DNA of 64,000 bases from Alphaproteobacteria bacterium (GCA_965261735.1 OZ253470.1:3648001-3712000); one strand, 5' to 3'. Positions 1-10,929 are shown, numbered from the stretch's first letter. Numbers and translations: made by a program. The notes: a model not told the origin generated them from the letters alone.

Positions 1-257
1 ATACCTGGACACTTACCGAAGTAGATGTTGAGTGGATCAATCTGATTGAGGCTAAGCACCCGGCTCTTTATCGGGTTTTGCTCGCAGCAATGACGGCCAG
101 CGACAAATCCTACTTGACATACATGGCGGCGCGATTGCTTGAGATGCGCCGAATTTTGAAGTCAGCCGGCTCAATATACCTGCACTGCGACCCAACCATG
201 AGCCATTACCTAAAATTGGTAATGGACTCGATCTTCGGGCGAAAGAATTTTAGGAAC
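1..257 (+). pseudogene. Site-specific DNA methyltransferase (N6/N4 type), internal fragment interrupted by IS256
   Basis: Frame open from the window edge: TWTL...[50 protein letters not shown], typical of N6_N4_Mtase proteins. The next codon (GAG, Glu) appears at 1512-1514, after the duplicated target site. Confidence 0.85.
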
Positions 258-1503
258 GATCGTGTCCCGGCGCGTGGTGTAAGAGCGTTGCGCTCTACGC
301 GGCTCCCGGCGGGTAGGGCCGGGACGTTATGGAGCCGTTCGATCGGGTTTGTGGAGTGCAATTTCTGGCGGTGCTCCTTGGGGAAAGTCATGTAGGCGAG
401 GACGTCGTGCTCGGCTTCGTCCATGAGAACTGCCAGCTTGGGCACCTTGGGCCTGAGCTGGTCAGCGACCTGACGCCACTGGGCCTTCGCGCTGTCGGCG
501 TCCTCCTGGGCGAAGGCGGAGACGACGCGCCGGCCCTGGCGGCCGGCATGGGCCAGCAGGTTGCGGGCGAAGTGCACGCGGCATCTTTGCCAGGTGGCGC
601 CGAGGATCCGGGTCGCGGCGGCCTTCAGACCCTTGTGGTCGTCGGAGATCAACAGCTTCACGCCACGCAGCCCGCGCCGGGCCAGCGAGCGCAGGAACTC
701 GGTCCAGAAGGCCTCGGCCTCAGACGCGCCGATCGCCATGCCCAGGACCTCGCGGCGGCCCTGGTCGTTGACGGCCACAGCCACGGTCACCGCGACCGAG
801 ACGATGCGCCCGGCCTCGCGCACCTTCACATAGGTTGCGTCGAGCCACAGATAGGGCCAGTCGCCCTCCAGCGATCGATCGAGGAAGCCGGTGACCTTAT
901 CGTCGATCTCGCCGCACAGCCTGGAGACCTGGCTCTTGGAGACGCCCGACATGCCCATGGCCTGCACCAGGTCGTCGACCGAGCGGGTCGACACGCCCTG
1001 GATGTAGGCCTCCTGGATCACCGCAGCCAGCGCCTTCTCGGCCATCCGCCGCGGCTCCAGGAAGCCCGGGAAGTAGCTCCCCTTCCTCAGCTTCGGGATC
1101 TTCAGCTCGACCGTGCCGGCCCGCGTCTCCCAGGACCGGTTGCGGTAGCCGTTGCGGTGGGTGATACGATCCGCCGAGCGCTCGCCGTGAGCGGCGCCGG
1201 TCAGGCCCTCAACCTCCAGTGCCATCAGCCGCTCGGCCGTGAAGCCGATCATCTCGCAAAGCAGATCGGCATCGGAGCTCTTCTCCAAAAGCGCGCGCAG
1301 GGTCATCATGTCCTGGGTCATCGTGGTTCTCCTTCGGGTCAGGTTGGTTTGCACTAGCCCAACCCTAAACCGGAACCGCGATGGCCTCCGCTGTGGATAG
1401 CCGGCTTGCCTACGCCAGACTCTCGGCGGTCGCTACGGCAAGCCGCCTACCCACAGCTACCAGAGGCTCCAACAACTCCTACACCACGTCCTGGGACACG
1501 ACC
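258..1503 (-). mobile_element. IS256-family insertion sequence, internally deleted
   Basis: Terminal IRs gatcgtgtcccggcgcgtggtgta and tacaccacgtcctgggacacgacc; 8-bp direct repeat ttaggaac at 250-257 and 1504-1511. Confidence 0.92.
328..1321 (-). pseudogene. IS256 transposase lacking its C-terminus
   Basis: Motifs [38 protein letters not shown]; the frame then runs straight into the element's non-coding end. The missing C-terminal end (RYMTLE...) is seen at 13205-13281. Confidence 0.88.
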
Positions 1504-1515
1504 TTAGGAACGAGC

Positions 1516-1710
1516 CTTGCCTATCCGGTTAACGCCCATGACCGCTACATGTAGGGTGCCGCCACTCTCCCGAGTAAAGCTCGGCATAGGTTGGAGCAGA
1601 GGTGTCGCCCGCGATGCCGAGCAATGAGCGGAAGGCGTTGAACGGGTAGAACCGCCTGTTGAAGCGGAAGGTGAACTCGTTGAGGTAGGCTTGTAGGTGC
1701 TGGTGGCTAA
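1516..1710 (-). mobile_element. IS1595-family (ISSod11-like) right-end fragment
   Basis: Reverse complement of the last ~195 bp of the element ending at 13204, including the terminus cttgcctatccgg; cut by IS1380. Confidence 0.92.
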
Positions 1711-3281
1711 CCTGACTTATTCATCGGAGGCAGAGTTTATCGGTTGATTTTGAGCGCGCGAAGGTTTGTGTTCGGCGCCTTGCGGTGCCGGGATTTGAGG
1801 TTGGCGGTGTCGGGGTTTGGGGTTGAATGGGCTCGGGTTGGCGGGGCACGGCGCCCCGGCGATCAGGGGCCCGCGGCGGCGAGGCGCCCGGCCAGCAGGC
1901 GGAACAGGGCGGCATCCGGACAGGCCGAAGCGAAGTGGATGCGGATGCGGGCGGCCTTTTCGACGACGCGGGCGCCGATCTTGAGCAGGCTTTTCCTGAG
2001 GGTCGCGAACTCGGCCCAGGCAAGCGGCATCCGGCGGGGCACGGCATCGCGCAGGGCGAGCATGAGCCAGTAGGCCGCGGTGTGCAGGACGAGGCGGAAC
2101 TGGTTAGCGAGCGGGCTCTGGCAGGAGGTCCGGTCGGAGGCGAGCTGGCCCTTGTGCAGCTTGATGAGGTTCTCGGGCTCGCCACCGAGCGAGGTGACGA
2201 TGTAGCGGGCGTCGAAGCCCCGCGCGGTCGCCTCCAGCCGGGCGACGACCCGGCGCTGGCGGCTCCAGGAGCGGGCGGCGTAGGCGAACGCGGCGAAGCC
2301 CCGCATCCTGTCCGCGCCGGCCTCGGCGCGGCGCACCCTGAGGTCGTCGGCCACCTCGTATGAGAGGCGGTGCAACACGCTGTTGCCGGCCAGGCCGAAG
2401 ATGTAGTCGACGCCGGTGTCCTCGCACCACGCCATGGCCTCGGTCCGTCCGTAGTGGGAATCTCCCCGGAAGGTGAGCCGGGTGCGCGGCCAGTGCCGGC
2501 GGATGCGGCGCACCAGGTGCTTGAGGAGGGTCCGGACCTCGGCGCCCGACGGCGTCTTGCCGGGGCGCAGGAGAACCGCCACCGGCTTGCCGCTCTCGAC
2601 GTGGTAGACGTGGACCGGCAGGAAGCAGCGGGTGTCGTAGTGGGCATGGAACAGCGACAGCTGCTGGTGGCCGTGCACCGGATCGCAGGTATCGTCGATG
2701 TCGAGCGTGATCGCCGCGGGAGGGGCGGGGAAGCTGCGGCAGAAGAGATCGACCAGCGCCGCCGTCATGCGCGCCACCTCGATGCGCGAGGGCGCGTTCT
2801 CCAGCCGGCTCATGGTCGGTTGCGAGCACAGCGCGCGGCCGCTCTCCGGCGCCCGGCCGACGGCCAGCTTGAACAGCGGATCGGTACGCAGGGCGTCGCA
2901 GTCGTCGGCATCCTCGTATCCGCAGGCGATCGCGAACATGCGGAAGCGCAGCATCGCCGGCAGCGTGTGCACCACCAGCGCCGGATCGCGCCACTCCCGG
3001 ATGCAGCCCGCCAGCGCCTCGGCCAGGCCAAGCCGGCGTTCGGCCCCGCGCAACAGGACCAGCCCGCCGTCCGACGAGATCAGCCCGCCCCCGAAATCGG
3101 CGGTCACCTTCTTGCGTTTGACGGCTGGAAGATCGAACGGGAGCTGGCTATCTTCGGTCATGGTGGGCGTGGCGCTTTCGTTGCCTGGGGAGAAGGACGC
3201 TGGACAACGACTTTCTACCCAATACCAACGACTTACGCCATGTCCGCCATCATAACATTGGGCCGCGCTGAATAAAGCGGG
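1711..3281 (-). mobile_element. IS1380-family insertion sequence
   Basis: Imperfect IRs cctgacttattca and tgaataaagcggg; flanks ctaa and ctag; contains the transposase at 1863-3161. Confidence 0.88.
1863..3161 (-). CDS. IS1380-family transposase, probably with a short in-frame deletion before ENLIK
   Basis: ADFGGGLISSDGGL, SQPTMSRLEN, TLDIDDT, RGDSHY, ENLIK...SDRTSC...ANQFRL; the usual LY..Y..RGQ segment before EN is absent. Confidence 0.88.
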   Translation of the reverse strand: MTEDSQLPFDLPAVKRKKVTADFGGGLISSDGGLVLLRGAERRLGLAEALAGCIREWRDPALVVHTLPAMLRFRMFAIACGYEDADDCDALRTDPLFKLAVGRAPESGRALCSQPTMSRLENAPSRIEVARMTAALVDLFCRSFPAPPAAITLDIDDTCDPVHGHQQLSLFHAHYDTRCFLPVHVYHVESGKPVAVLLRPGKTPSGAEVRTLLKHLVRRIRRHWPRTRLTFRGDSHYGRTEAMAWCEDTGVDYIFGLAGNSVLHRLSYEVADDLRVRRAEAGADRMRGFAAFAYAARSWSRQRRVVARLEATARGFDARYIVTSLGGEPENLIKLHKGQLASDRTSCQSPLANQFRLVLHTAAYWLMLALRDAVPRRMPLAWAEFATLRKSLLKIGARVVEKAARIRIHFASACPDAALFRLLAGRLAAAGP

Positions 3282-4364
3282 CTAGTGGATTGATTCCAAC
3301 GTTTGGAACCCTCTGTTTCGTGCGGCGATGATATGATCGGGGTCGGCTTTCCAGATGAAGGGTTTTGGGTTTGCGTCATTGTATTCGCGGACAAATCGGT
3401 TGATGGCGTCCTGAAGGTCGACGACGGATTGGAAGACGCCGTATTTGAGCCTGCGCCGCGTTAGTTTGGCGAAGAAGCCCTCGACGGCATTGAGCCACGA
3501 GCACGAGGTTGGCGTGAAGTGGAAGGTCCAGCGTGGATGGCGGGCGAGCCAGGCGCGGACCTTGTCCTTCTTGTGCGCGGCGTAGTTGTCGAGGATGACG
3601 TGGACGGCCTTGTCCGTCGGCACCTCGCGCTCGATGCGGTTGAGGAAGCGGATGAACTCCTGATGGCGGTGGCGCTGCATGTTCTGTGCGATGACCGTAC
3701 CGTCCAGCACGTTGAGCGCGGCGAACAGCGTCGTCGTGCCATGCCGTTTGTAATCATAGGTCATCGTACCGGCGCGGCCCTTCTTCATCGGCAAGCCGGG
3801 TTGGGTGCGGTCGAGCGCCTGGATCTGTGATTTCTCATCAACCGACAGCACCACGGCATGGGCCGGCGGATCGACATACAAGCCGACGATATCTGTGAGC
3901 TTCTCGGCGAAGGCGGGATCATTGGAGAGCTTGAAGTGCCGCCAGCGGTGCGGGCTGAGGCCATGGGCCTTCCAGATCGCTTGGACCGTCGACGCCGCGA
4001 CGCCAGCAACCTTCGCCATCGCGCGCAGCGTCCAGTGGGTCGCCTCGTGCGGCGGCGCTTGCTGGGTCAGGCGGACGATCTCGGCGACGCGCTCCGGCGG
4101 GATCGGCGCTTTGCCAGGCGGACGGGACCTGTCGCGAAGCAAGCCGTTGACACCCTCGTGCATGAACCGCTCCTGCCAGCGCCAGACACAGGTCTTGGAC
4201 TTGCCGGTCTCGGCCATGATCGACGAGTTCCCGAGCCCCTCGTCGCTCTTCAGGATGATCCGCGCCCGCCAGACATGTTTCTGCGAGCTCTTCGGGTCCG
4301 CGACGATAGCTTGCAATCGCTGACGGTCGCCAGACGTGACAGTAAAATGGATGCCGGTGCGCAT
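3282..4364 (-). CDS. IS630-family transposase
   Basis: WRARIIL, WRWQERF, SVDEKSQIQAL, DYKRHGTTTLFAAL, ILDNYAAHK, FTPTSCSWLNAVEGFF. Confidence 0.93.
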   Translation of the reverse strand: MRTGIHFTVTSGDRQRLQAIVADPKSSQKHVWRARIILKSDEGLGNSSIMAETGKSKTCVWRWQERFMHEGVNGLLRDRSRPPGKAPIPPERVAEIVRLTQQAPPHEATHWTLRAMAKVAGVAASTVQAIWKAHGLSPHRWRHFKLSNDPAFAEKLTDIVGLYVDPPAHAVVLSVDEKSQIQALDRTQPGLPMKKGRAGTMTYDYKRHGTTTLFAALNVLDGTVIAQNMQRHRHQEFIRFLNRIEREVPTDKAVHVILDNYAAHKKDKVRAWLARHPRWTFHFTPTSCSWLNAVEGFFAKLTRRRLKYGVFQSVVDLQDAINRFVREYNDANPKPFIWKADPDHIIAARNRGFQTLESIH

Positions 4365-4435
4365 AGCACAGACTCGCATGACACCGCACAATACGGAATC
4401 TCAAATCGGACTCTTTCGTTCCGATCAATCCACTA
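3283..4435 (-). mobile_element. IS630-family insertion sequence, complete copy
   Basis: IRs tagtggattgat and atcaatccacta, TA at both ends in a CTAG context. Confidence 0.92.
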
Positions 4436-5230
4436 GCGCCGACCGCGCGCCCGCTTTCCGGCGTGCGGGCGCTCGATCTCACCCATGTCATCGCGGGGCC
4501 GGTGTGCGGTCGCGCCCTGGCCGAGCACGGCGCTGAGGTGATGCGGATCGGCGCGCCAAACGGGTACTACAACGAGTCCTTCGTCATAGACACCGGGCAC
4601 GGCAAGCTCTCCGCCCACCTCGACCTGCGCACCGTTTCGGACCGCGGGCGATTGCTGTCGCCGGCTCGCGAGTGCGACGTGTTCATCCAGGGCTTTCGGC
4701 CCGGTGCACTCGCTAAGCTGGGATTGGCGCCGGAGGATCTTTGGGCGGTGCGCCCGGGACTGATCTACGTCACGCTCTCTGCCTTCGGCCACGCCGGCCC
4801 CTGGGTGCAGCGGCGCGGATTCGACAGTCTTCTCCAGTCGACGAGCGGTATTGCCCACGAAGGCGGCGACGGCACGGCCCCAAAACACTTGCCGGCGCAG
4901 GCGCTCGACTATGCCACGGGTTATCTCGCGGCCTTCGGTGCGCTCGTGGCCCTCGAACGCCGGGCCAGAGAGGGTGGCAGCTACATGGTCCGCGTTTCGC
5001 TGGCGCAGACGGGCCGCTGGATTCAGTCGCTGGGGCGGGCGGACTCGCACGACGTGGCGCTCGCCAGACTGCCGGCTCGCGAAGACCTGCAATCGTGGAT
5101 GACCGAGAGCGAGACGGCGTTCGGGTCGATCCGCCATGTTGCGCCGCTGCTCCGAATGTCTGAGACCCAACCTTATTGGGCGCGGCCCACCGCGCCTTAC
5201 GGTGCGCACCCCCCATCCTGGCCTGCGTAA
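4433..5230 (+). pseudogene. CoA-transferase family III (CaiB/BaiF), C-terminal part; 5' part removed at the IS630 insertion
   Basis: Frame reads LAPTARPLSGVRALDLTHVIAGPVCGRALAEHGAEV directly from the IS630 TA; also DVFIQGFRPG, RRGFDSLLQ, LPAQALD. Confidence 0.8.
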
Positions 5231-5299
5231 AGGGGGAGCGTGCCGCCAAGTTCTCGTAAGGCAGCGCCGGATGACCTCGGCCCCGCGCGCGGGAGTGGG

Positions 5300-5520
5300 G
5301 TGCGGCGACCGCTTCGACCCGGCGGTCGCGATGGCGGAGCTCGGCGCACGCTGGGAGATCGGCCGCAACTACTTCAAGCGCTTCGCATGCGTCCGCTACG
5401 CCCACGGGCTGTTGGATGCGCTCGAGCGCCTAGCGATGGTGCAGCCCGAGCATCGCCGCGAGGCGGCCGCGATCGTTGTTATCGAGGCGCGCGCGCACGC
5501 CCCCGTCGGCCGCCTGACCG
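5300..5520 (+). pseudogene. MmgE/PrpD-family internal fragment
   Basis: ELGARWEIGRNYFKRFACVRYAHGLLDAL resembles the LG..W.I...YFK.Y.CC...H..LDA segment of MmgE/PrpD; no start or end of the gene present. Confidence 0.6.
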
Positions 5521-5541
5521 AGGCTGACTCCGTCGCGTCCG

Positions 5542-7602
5542 CTACGAGAGCCCCACGTGAATGCGGATCTCGCCCAGCGATCCGATTTCAAACCGGTCGT
5601 TTGGGCCGATTAGCGTCGTCGAACTGTATTCCTCGATGATCGCGGGGCCTTCCGAATCAAAGCCGACGGGCAGGCGCGACCGCCGGAAGACCGCCGTGGA
5701 CAGGGCGGCATCCGGCTCCTTGAAGTAAACGGGCCGCGGCGCTGCGATCGCGGCACTCGCTGCCGTTCCCTCGCTATCTCCGATCATCTCGAGATCGGGT
5801 CGCGGGGTCGCGGCTCGGGCCGTTATCTGCAGCGTGACGAACTCGACCGGCACCTCGGAGTCGGCGTGCCCGTAGCGCCCGCGGTAGACGCCTTCGTACA
5901 CCCGCCCGATATCGTCCGCCGTTTGTCCAGCGAGAACGGGCGTCTTCACCGAGTGCGCTTGTCCGCGGTATCGCATCTCAGCGGCGCGCTCGAAAACGAT
6001 CGGGCTGTCGCCGGTTTCCCGGGCGAGTCGTTCCACGATCGTGGTTTCGAGGTGCGCGTAGAGCGCCTCCATGTCCGAGATCGCCTGCTCGCCGAGCGGC
6101 CGCAGGAAGGTCTCCGCATCGTCGAGGCGTATGTCGGCAAGGAGCATGCCGATCGCCGAGAAATTGCCGGGTTGGGGCGGCACGACGACAAGCGGAATCT
6201 GGAGCTCACGCGCGAGCGCCGAGGCATGGAGCGGTCCCCCGCCACCATACGCGAACAAGGCGAACTCCCGCGGATCGATGCCTCGCTCGACGGTGATCTT
6301 CTTGATCGAGGCGGCCATGGTCACGATGGCGATCGCGACGATGCCCTCGGCGACCACGAACAAGCCCGGCTCGTCCGGATACCCGAGCGGCTCGGCGACG
6401 CGGCCGAGAATCGCCCGCCGCGCCGCGTCCGCATCGAGGCTTAGGTCACCGCCGAGAAATGCCTGTGGGTCGAGCCGCCCGAGAACGACGTTGGCATCGG
6501 TCACGGTCGGCTCGGTACCGCCGAGGGAATAGGCGACGGGCCCCGGTTCGGAGCCGGCGGACCGCGGCCCAACGTGGAGCCGTTCCTGCTCGTCGAGCCA
6601 GGCGATCGAGCCACCGCCGGCGCCGACTTCGACGATGTCGACGACAGGGGCGCGAATCGGGAAGCCCTGCTCATAACCGCCGACATGGTATTCGGATTTC
6701 ACGTCAAAGCGGCCGGCCACGACCAGAGCGCTCTTTGCCGTGGTACCCCCCATATCGAAGGCGATAACGCGATCGAGTCCCAGGTGCTCGGCGTAGGCGA
6801 CGGCACCGATGCAACCGCCAACGGGCCCCGATTCGATGAGGAGCACGGGCTGCCGTGTGGCGCGGTCAATCGATAAAACGCCGCCGTTCGATCCCATGAG
6901 GAAGAACTCGCCGCTGAAACCGTCACCGCGCAGGGTCTGGTCGAGACGGTCGACATAGCTTGTCACCTGCGGGCCGACGAAGGCGTTGGCCGCAACGGTA
7001 GCCGTCCGCTCATACTCGTACCACTCGCGAGAAACGTCGGAGCCGCAGGTCAGATAAAGGTCAGGCAGGAGTTCTCTTAGCCACTCGGCCACCAGGCGCT
7101 CGCTCGCCGGATTGGCGTAGGCATTGAGGAACGAGATCGCGACCGCGTGGGCTTGGATCGTGGCAATCCGGGCCGCGAGCGTTTCGACCTCAGCCCGGTC
7201 CGGCGCGGTGACGACCTCCCCGGACGCGCTCATTCGCTCGCTGATCTCGAACCGGCGATCGCGTGGGATGAGCGGCGGATCGCGTCGGTACCGCAGATCG
7301 AACGGATCGGCCTTGTTGCCGCGCCCGATTTCGATGACGTCCCTGAATCCCCGGGTGACCACAAGGGCAACGTCCGCGCCGTTGCGCTGGATCAGCGTAT
7401 TGATGACGAGCGTCGTTCCGTGCTTGAAAAGCTTGGCTTCGCTGAGCGCGACGTTGGTTCGCTTCAGGCTGTCGGCGACGCCGCGCGTCAGGTCGTCATA
7501 GGTCGTCGAGTGCTTGGCGTAGACCAACCGCTCCGCCTGTCCGTCATAAACGGCAACGTCCGTGAAGGTCCCGCCGATATCGGCGGCGACGATCACGGTC
7601 AA
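5542..7602 (-). CDS. Hydantoinase A / 5-oxoprolinase-family ATP-dependent amidohydrolase subunit
   Basis: ADIGGTFTD, HGTTLVINTLIQR, EYERTAT, ESGPVGG, DMGGTT, GAGGGSIA, GPRSAGSEPGP, PTVTDA, GGGGPLH; start placed at TTG 7602. Confidence 0.92.
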   Translation of the reverse strand: MTVIVAADIGGTFTDVAVYDGQAERLVYAKHSTTYDDLTRGVADSLKRTNVALSEAKLFKHGTTLVINTLIQRNGADVALVVTRGFRDVIEIGRGNKADPFDLRYRRDPPLIPRDRRFEISERMSASGEVVTAPDRAEVETLAARIATIQAHAVAISFLNAYANPASERLVAEWLRELLPDLYLTCGSDVSREWYEYERTATVAANAFVGPQVTSYVDRLDQTLRGDGFSGEFFLMGSNGGVLSIDRATRQPVLLIESGPVGGCIGAVAYAEHLGLDRVIAFDMGGTTAKSALVVAGRFDVKSEYHVGGYEQGFPIRAPVVDIVEVGAGGGSIAWLDEQERLHVGPRSAGSEPGPVAYSLGGTEPTVTDANVVLGRLDPQAFLGGDLSLDADAARRAILGRVAEPLGYPDEPGLFVVAEGIVAIAIVTMAASIKKITVERGIDPREFALFAYGGGGPLHASALARELQIPLVVVPPQPGNFSAIGMLLADIRLDDAETFLRPLGEQAISDMEALYAHLETTIVERLARETGDSPIVFERAAEMRYRGQAHSVKTPVLAGQTADDIGRVYEGVYRGRYGHADSEVPVEFVTLQITARAATPRPDLEMIGDSEGTAASAAIAAPRPVYFKEPDAALSTAVFRRSRLPVGFDSEGPAIIEEYSSTTLIGPNDRFEIGSLGEIRIHVGLS

Positions 7603-7874
7603 GACGCGTTCAGCCGGGAACGGCCGCGCGCCGGGTCGGCGAAGGTCGAGGCCAAAACCACAACGAGAACTAAGGTGGCGCGGCAAAGACCGCACCACCC
7701 CGCTCGGCTTCGCTCGCCCTCACCGCTACTTCGACAGGTTGATGGCAACTCGTTCCATGGCAGTGCTCTTGATGTGCGCCGCCACCGAGCGGCGGAGGGT
7801 CGTGCATCGCAATCGAATCGGGTTCGCACCGACCGTGGCGCGGCGCACCGATCCCGCCGCGCCGTGCCACACGC

Positions 7875-8882
7875 TTACATGCCTGGGATGAACTCGTTGG
7901 TGTAGAAATCCTCTGCCTTCATGGACGCCGGCACGACGCCCGCGGCCTTCATGTTCTTGATACCGTCCGCCCAATCCGACGGCCCCATGTAGCCCAACGG
8001 CTTGTCCTTGGTCGCCTCGGTGACGTAAAGCGGGCGGTAGTTGGCGATCTGCCCACGGGCGACCGCGGCGTCCGCGTCGGCGTCGGGGCGTGCCTTCACC
8101 AGCGCGGCGATACCCTCTTCGACATGGCCGTTGATGACGTACTCGAAGGCACCCAGCGTGACCTTGACGAACTTGCGAATGTCATCAGGCCGGTCTGCGA
8201 TGGCCTTGTTGTTGGCGATGAGTCCGAGGCCCGGCATCTTGAGCCCGAACTGGGTAAAGGTGAACCCCTCCGAAGGCCTCGCACTGGCCATGTAAGGCAG
8301 GTCGTAGGCGGGGCCCGAGATCATCGCGTCGGCTTGCTTGTTGATGTAGGTCGACCACAAGTTGGCGGCCCCGACCCGGAGGATGCTCGCCTTCTTGATA
8401 TCGGTGCCTGCGTTGCGGAAGAACGCTTCGAGGAACGGCTGTTCAAAGCCGCCCGAGGTCGACACGATCTTCACGTTGTTGTCGACGAGGTCCTTGGGGC
8501 TCTTCCAACCCGACCCCTTCGGGACCACGACGCCGATGATCGACGTGCGGGCGAACGAGGCGATTGCCTTGACGGGAATACCTTTAACCATGCCGACGAT
8601 CGCCGGCGCATGGGTGGCGAGGCCGATCTCGTACTTGCCGGCTCCGACTAGCTGTGTGGTCACCACCGATCCGGTGCCATCCTCGAACGTGACGTCCAGG
8701 CCTTCATCCTTGTACCACCCCCTCTGGTCGGCCAGGTGGAACCAGGAATGGTGGACGTGGGCCAACCACTCGAAACGAACCTTGAGCGGCTCGGCGCCCG
8801 CCATGCTCGACAAACCAAGGATAGAAAGCAAGACAGCCGCGCCGAGCAAAGAAGCCGGCGCGAGCCCATTCAACCTTTTCAT
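7875..8882 (-). CDS. ABC transporter substrate-binding protein, NMT1/THI5-like
   Basis: Signal peptide, then VRFEW...H..F.LA..RGWYKDEGLDVTF.DGTGS, typical of NMT1/SsuA-like proteins. Confidence 0.85.
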   Translation of the reverse strand: MKRLNGLAPASLLGAAVLLSILGLSSMAGAEPLKVRFEWLAHVHHSWFHLADQRGWYKDEGLDVTFEDGTGSVVTTQLVGAGKYEIGLATHAPAIVGMVKGIPVKAIASFARTSIIGVVVPKGSGWKSPKDLVDNNVKIVSTSGGFEQPFLEAFFRNAGTDIKKASILRVGAANLWSTYINKQADAMISGPAYDLPYMASARPSEGFTFTQFGLKMPGLGLIANNKAIADRPDDIRKFVKVTLGAFEYVINGHVEEGIAALVKARPDADADAAVARGQIANYRPLYVTEATKDKPLGYMGPSDWADGIKNMKAAGVVPASMKAEDFYTNEFIPGM

Positions 8883-9026
8883 GGGATTATCCTCCATCTT
8901 GGTACCGCGCCCGCAACAGCTACCTGTAGGCCCGGCGAAGTTGATAATATAGCCCTTTGAGGAAGATGCGGCCAGCGAGTCATCCGGCACAATTCGGCGT
9001 CGGCGCTGGGAACCGGATGCGATACA

Positions 9027-10829
9027 TTGAACGATAGCGACCGAAACGGCGAAGAGCGCAAGGATGCCCGCGATCTCGATCCGGTAACGCTCGAGATCAT
9101 CCGCCACGGCCTCGGCTCGATCACCGAGCAGATCGAGACCAACATCATGCGCACCGCCTACAGTCCGCTCGTCTACGAGTACAAGGACTACGCCGTCGGC
9201 ATGGTCGACGTGGAGGGCCGACTCATTTCACAGTCGCGTGGCGGCATTCCTATTTTCGTAGCCAATGCGCTCGGCCGCGCCGTGCAGGACGGTATTCACG
9301 TCTACGGGCTCGACAACATCAACCGCGGCGACATCATCATCAGCAACCATGCCGCGACCCTCGGGCAGCACCTCAACAACATGGCCATGTACACTCCGGT
9401 CTTCGCCGACGAAGCCCGCGACGAGGTTGTCGCCTTCATAGGGGTGATCGTGCATCACATCGATGTCAGCGGGCGCTACGTCGGGTCCTGCCTCGGAAAC
9501 CGCAGCACCGACATCTTCCAAGAGGGCATCCAGTACCGCAGCGTCAAGCTCTACGCCGCGGGGCGGCGGGTCGAGGAGATCTACAGAATCATGCTCGACA
9601 ACACGCGCTTTCCGGCGATGTTCTCCGGCGACCTGGAGGCTCAACTCGGCGGCGTGCTGATGGGGCGCGATCTTTTCTCGGAGATGATCGCGCACTACGG
9701 CGCGGCGACGTTGCAGAGAGCGTTCCTGCGCATCTGGGAGCAATCCGAGCGCAAAGCGCGCGCGGCGGTGAGCGCCATCCCGGACGGCACCTACGGGGCA
9801 ACCGCGAGCCTCGATGACGACGGCATTTCGCTCGGTTCTCCCGTGCCGATCGACGTCAAAGTCGTCGTTTCGGGCGACGAGTTGACGGTCGATTTCAGCG
9901 ATCTCGCCCCGCAGATGGCCGGGCCCTTCAACTCCGGCCGCTACGGCGGCGGGATCACGGCCGCGCGCATGGCGCTCAAATACCTCACGACACCGCACGA
10001 GACGGCCAACGAGGGCTGTTTTCGGCCGCTTAAGGTCATCCTGCCGGATGGAATCTTTCTCAGCGCGGGCAAGGACGCGCCGATGGCGCTTTTCAGCGCG
10101 CCGATCGCCTCGGTGATCGACGTGATCATCCGTGCGCTCGAGGAACCCGCCCCCGGATTGGTGACCGGCGGCCACCACGCGACGTTCGGCATCCATCTTT
10201 TCCATGGCAAGGATCCCCGAACGGGTGAGCTCTACCAGCACTTCGACGCGGCCTCGGGCGGCTACGGGGCGAGCGCGCGCCAGGACGGCGGCGGGCCCTA
10301 CAAGACGATGATCGATGGCGACACCAAGGACATCCCGGTCGAGATTCAGGAGGCGCTGTATCCGCTGCGCGTCGAGTCCGTGGCCTACCGCGTCGATTCC
10401 GGCGGGCCGGGCAAGTTTCGCGGCGGGCTCGGGGTCGACAAGGTCTACCGCGCGATGGCGCCGATGAAATTCACGGCAAGCTTCGATCGCACGCTGACGC
10501 CGGCCTGGGGCGTCTGCGGCGGAAGGGACGGCGACCCGGGACGCGCCATCGTCGAGCGACCGGGTCGGCCGGCGCAGGTTGCGTTGAAAGAGGATGACAT
10601 CGAACTTGAGGCGGGTGACGTGGTTCGCATCCTGTCCGGCGGCGGCGGCGGCTTCGGCCCACCGCAGGAGCGCGACGTGGCCCAAGTGGCAGACGACGTG
10701 CGGCTCGGTTTCGTTACGCCGGAAGGAGCGCGCGCGGATTACGGGGTCGCATTGGACTCAGAGCTGCGCGTTCTCGCCGACGAGACCGCCGAGGAACGCC
10801 GACGTCGATCGAGCGCTCAAGCGGCTTGA
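9027..10829 (+). CDS. Hydantoinase B / oxoprolinase-family subunit
   Basis: DPVTLEII, RTAYSPLVYE.KD, HLNN, HHIDV.G, IFQEG, VDFS, DSGGPGKFRGGLG, GGGGFG. Confidence 0.92.
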   Translation: MNDSDRNGEERKDARDLDPVTLEIIRHGLGSITEQIETNIMRTAYSPLVYEYKDYAVGMVDVEGRLISQSRGGIPIFVANALGRAVQDGIHVYGLDNINRGDIIISNHAATLGQHLNNMAMYTPVFADEARDEVVAFIGVIVHHIDVSGRYVGSCLGNRSTDIFQEGIQYRSVKLYAAGRRVEEIYRIMLDNTRFPAMFSGDLEAQLGGVLMGRDLFSEMIAHYGAATLQRAFLRIWEQSERKARAAVSAIPDGTYGATASLDDDGISLGSPVPIDVKVVVSGDELTVDFSDLAPQMAGPFNSGRYGGGITAARMALKYLTTPHETANEGCFRPLKVILPDGIFLSAGKDAPMALFSAPIASVIDVIIRALEEPAPGLVTGGHHATFGIHLFHGKDPRTGELYQHFDAASGGYGASARQDGGGPYKTMIDGDTKDIPVEIQEALYPLRVESVAYRVDSGGPGKFRGGLGVDKVYRAMAPMKFTASFDRTLTPAWGVCGGRDGDPGRAIVERPGRPAQVALKEDDIELEAGDVVRILSGGGGGFGPPQERDVAQVADDVRLGFVTPEGARADYGVALDSELRVLADETAEERRRRSSAQAA

Positions 10830-10929
10830 GCGGAAGCGCCAACAGCGACGTCGCTATCGCCTCGCGGGCCCCGCCTACGGTTTGACCATGTAGCAAACGC
10901 CCGGCAAGCCGTGCATCAGGAGGACCGAC

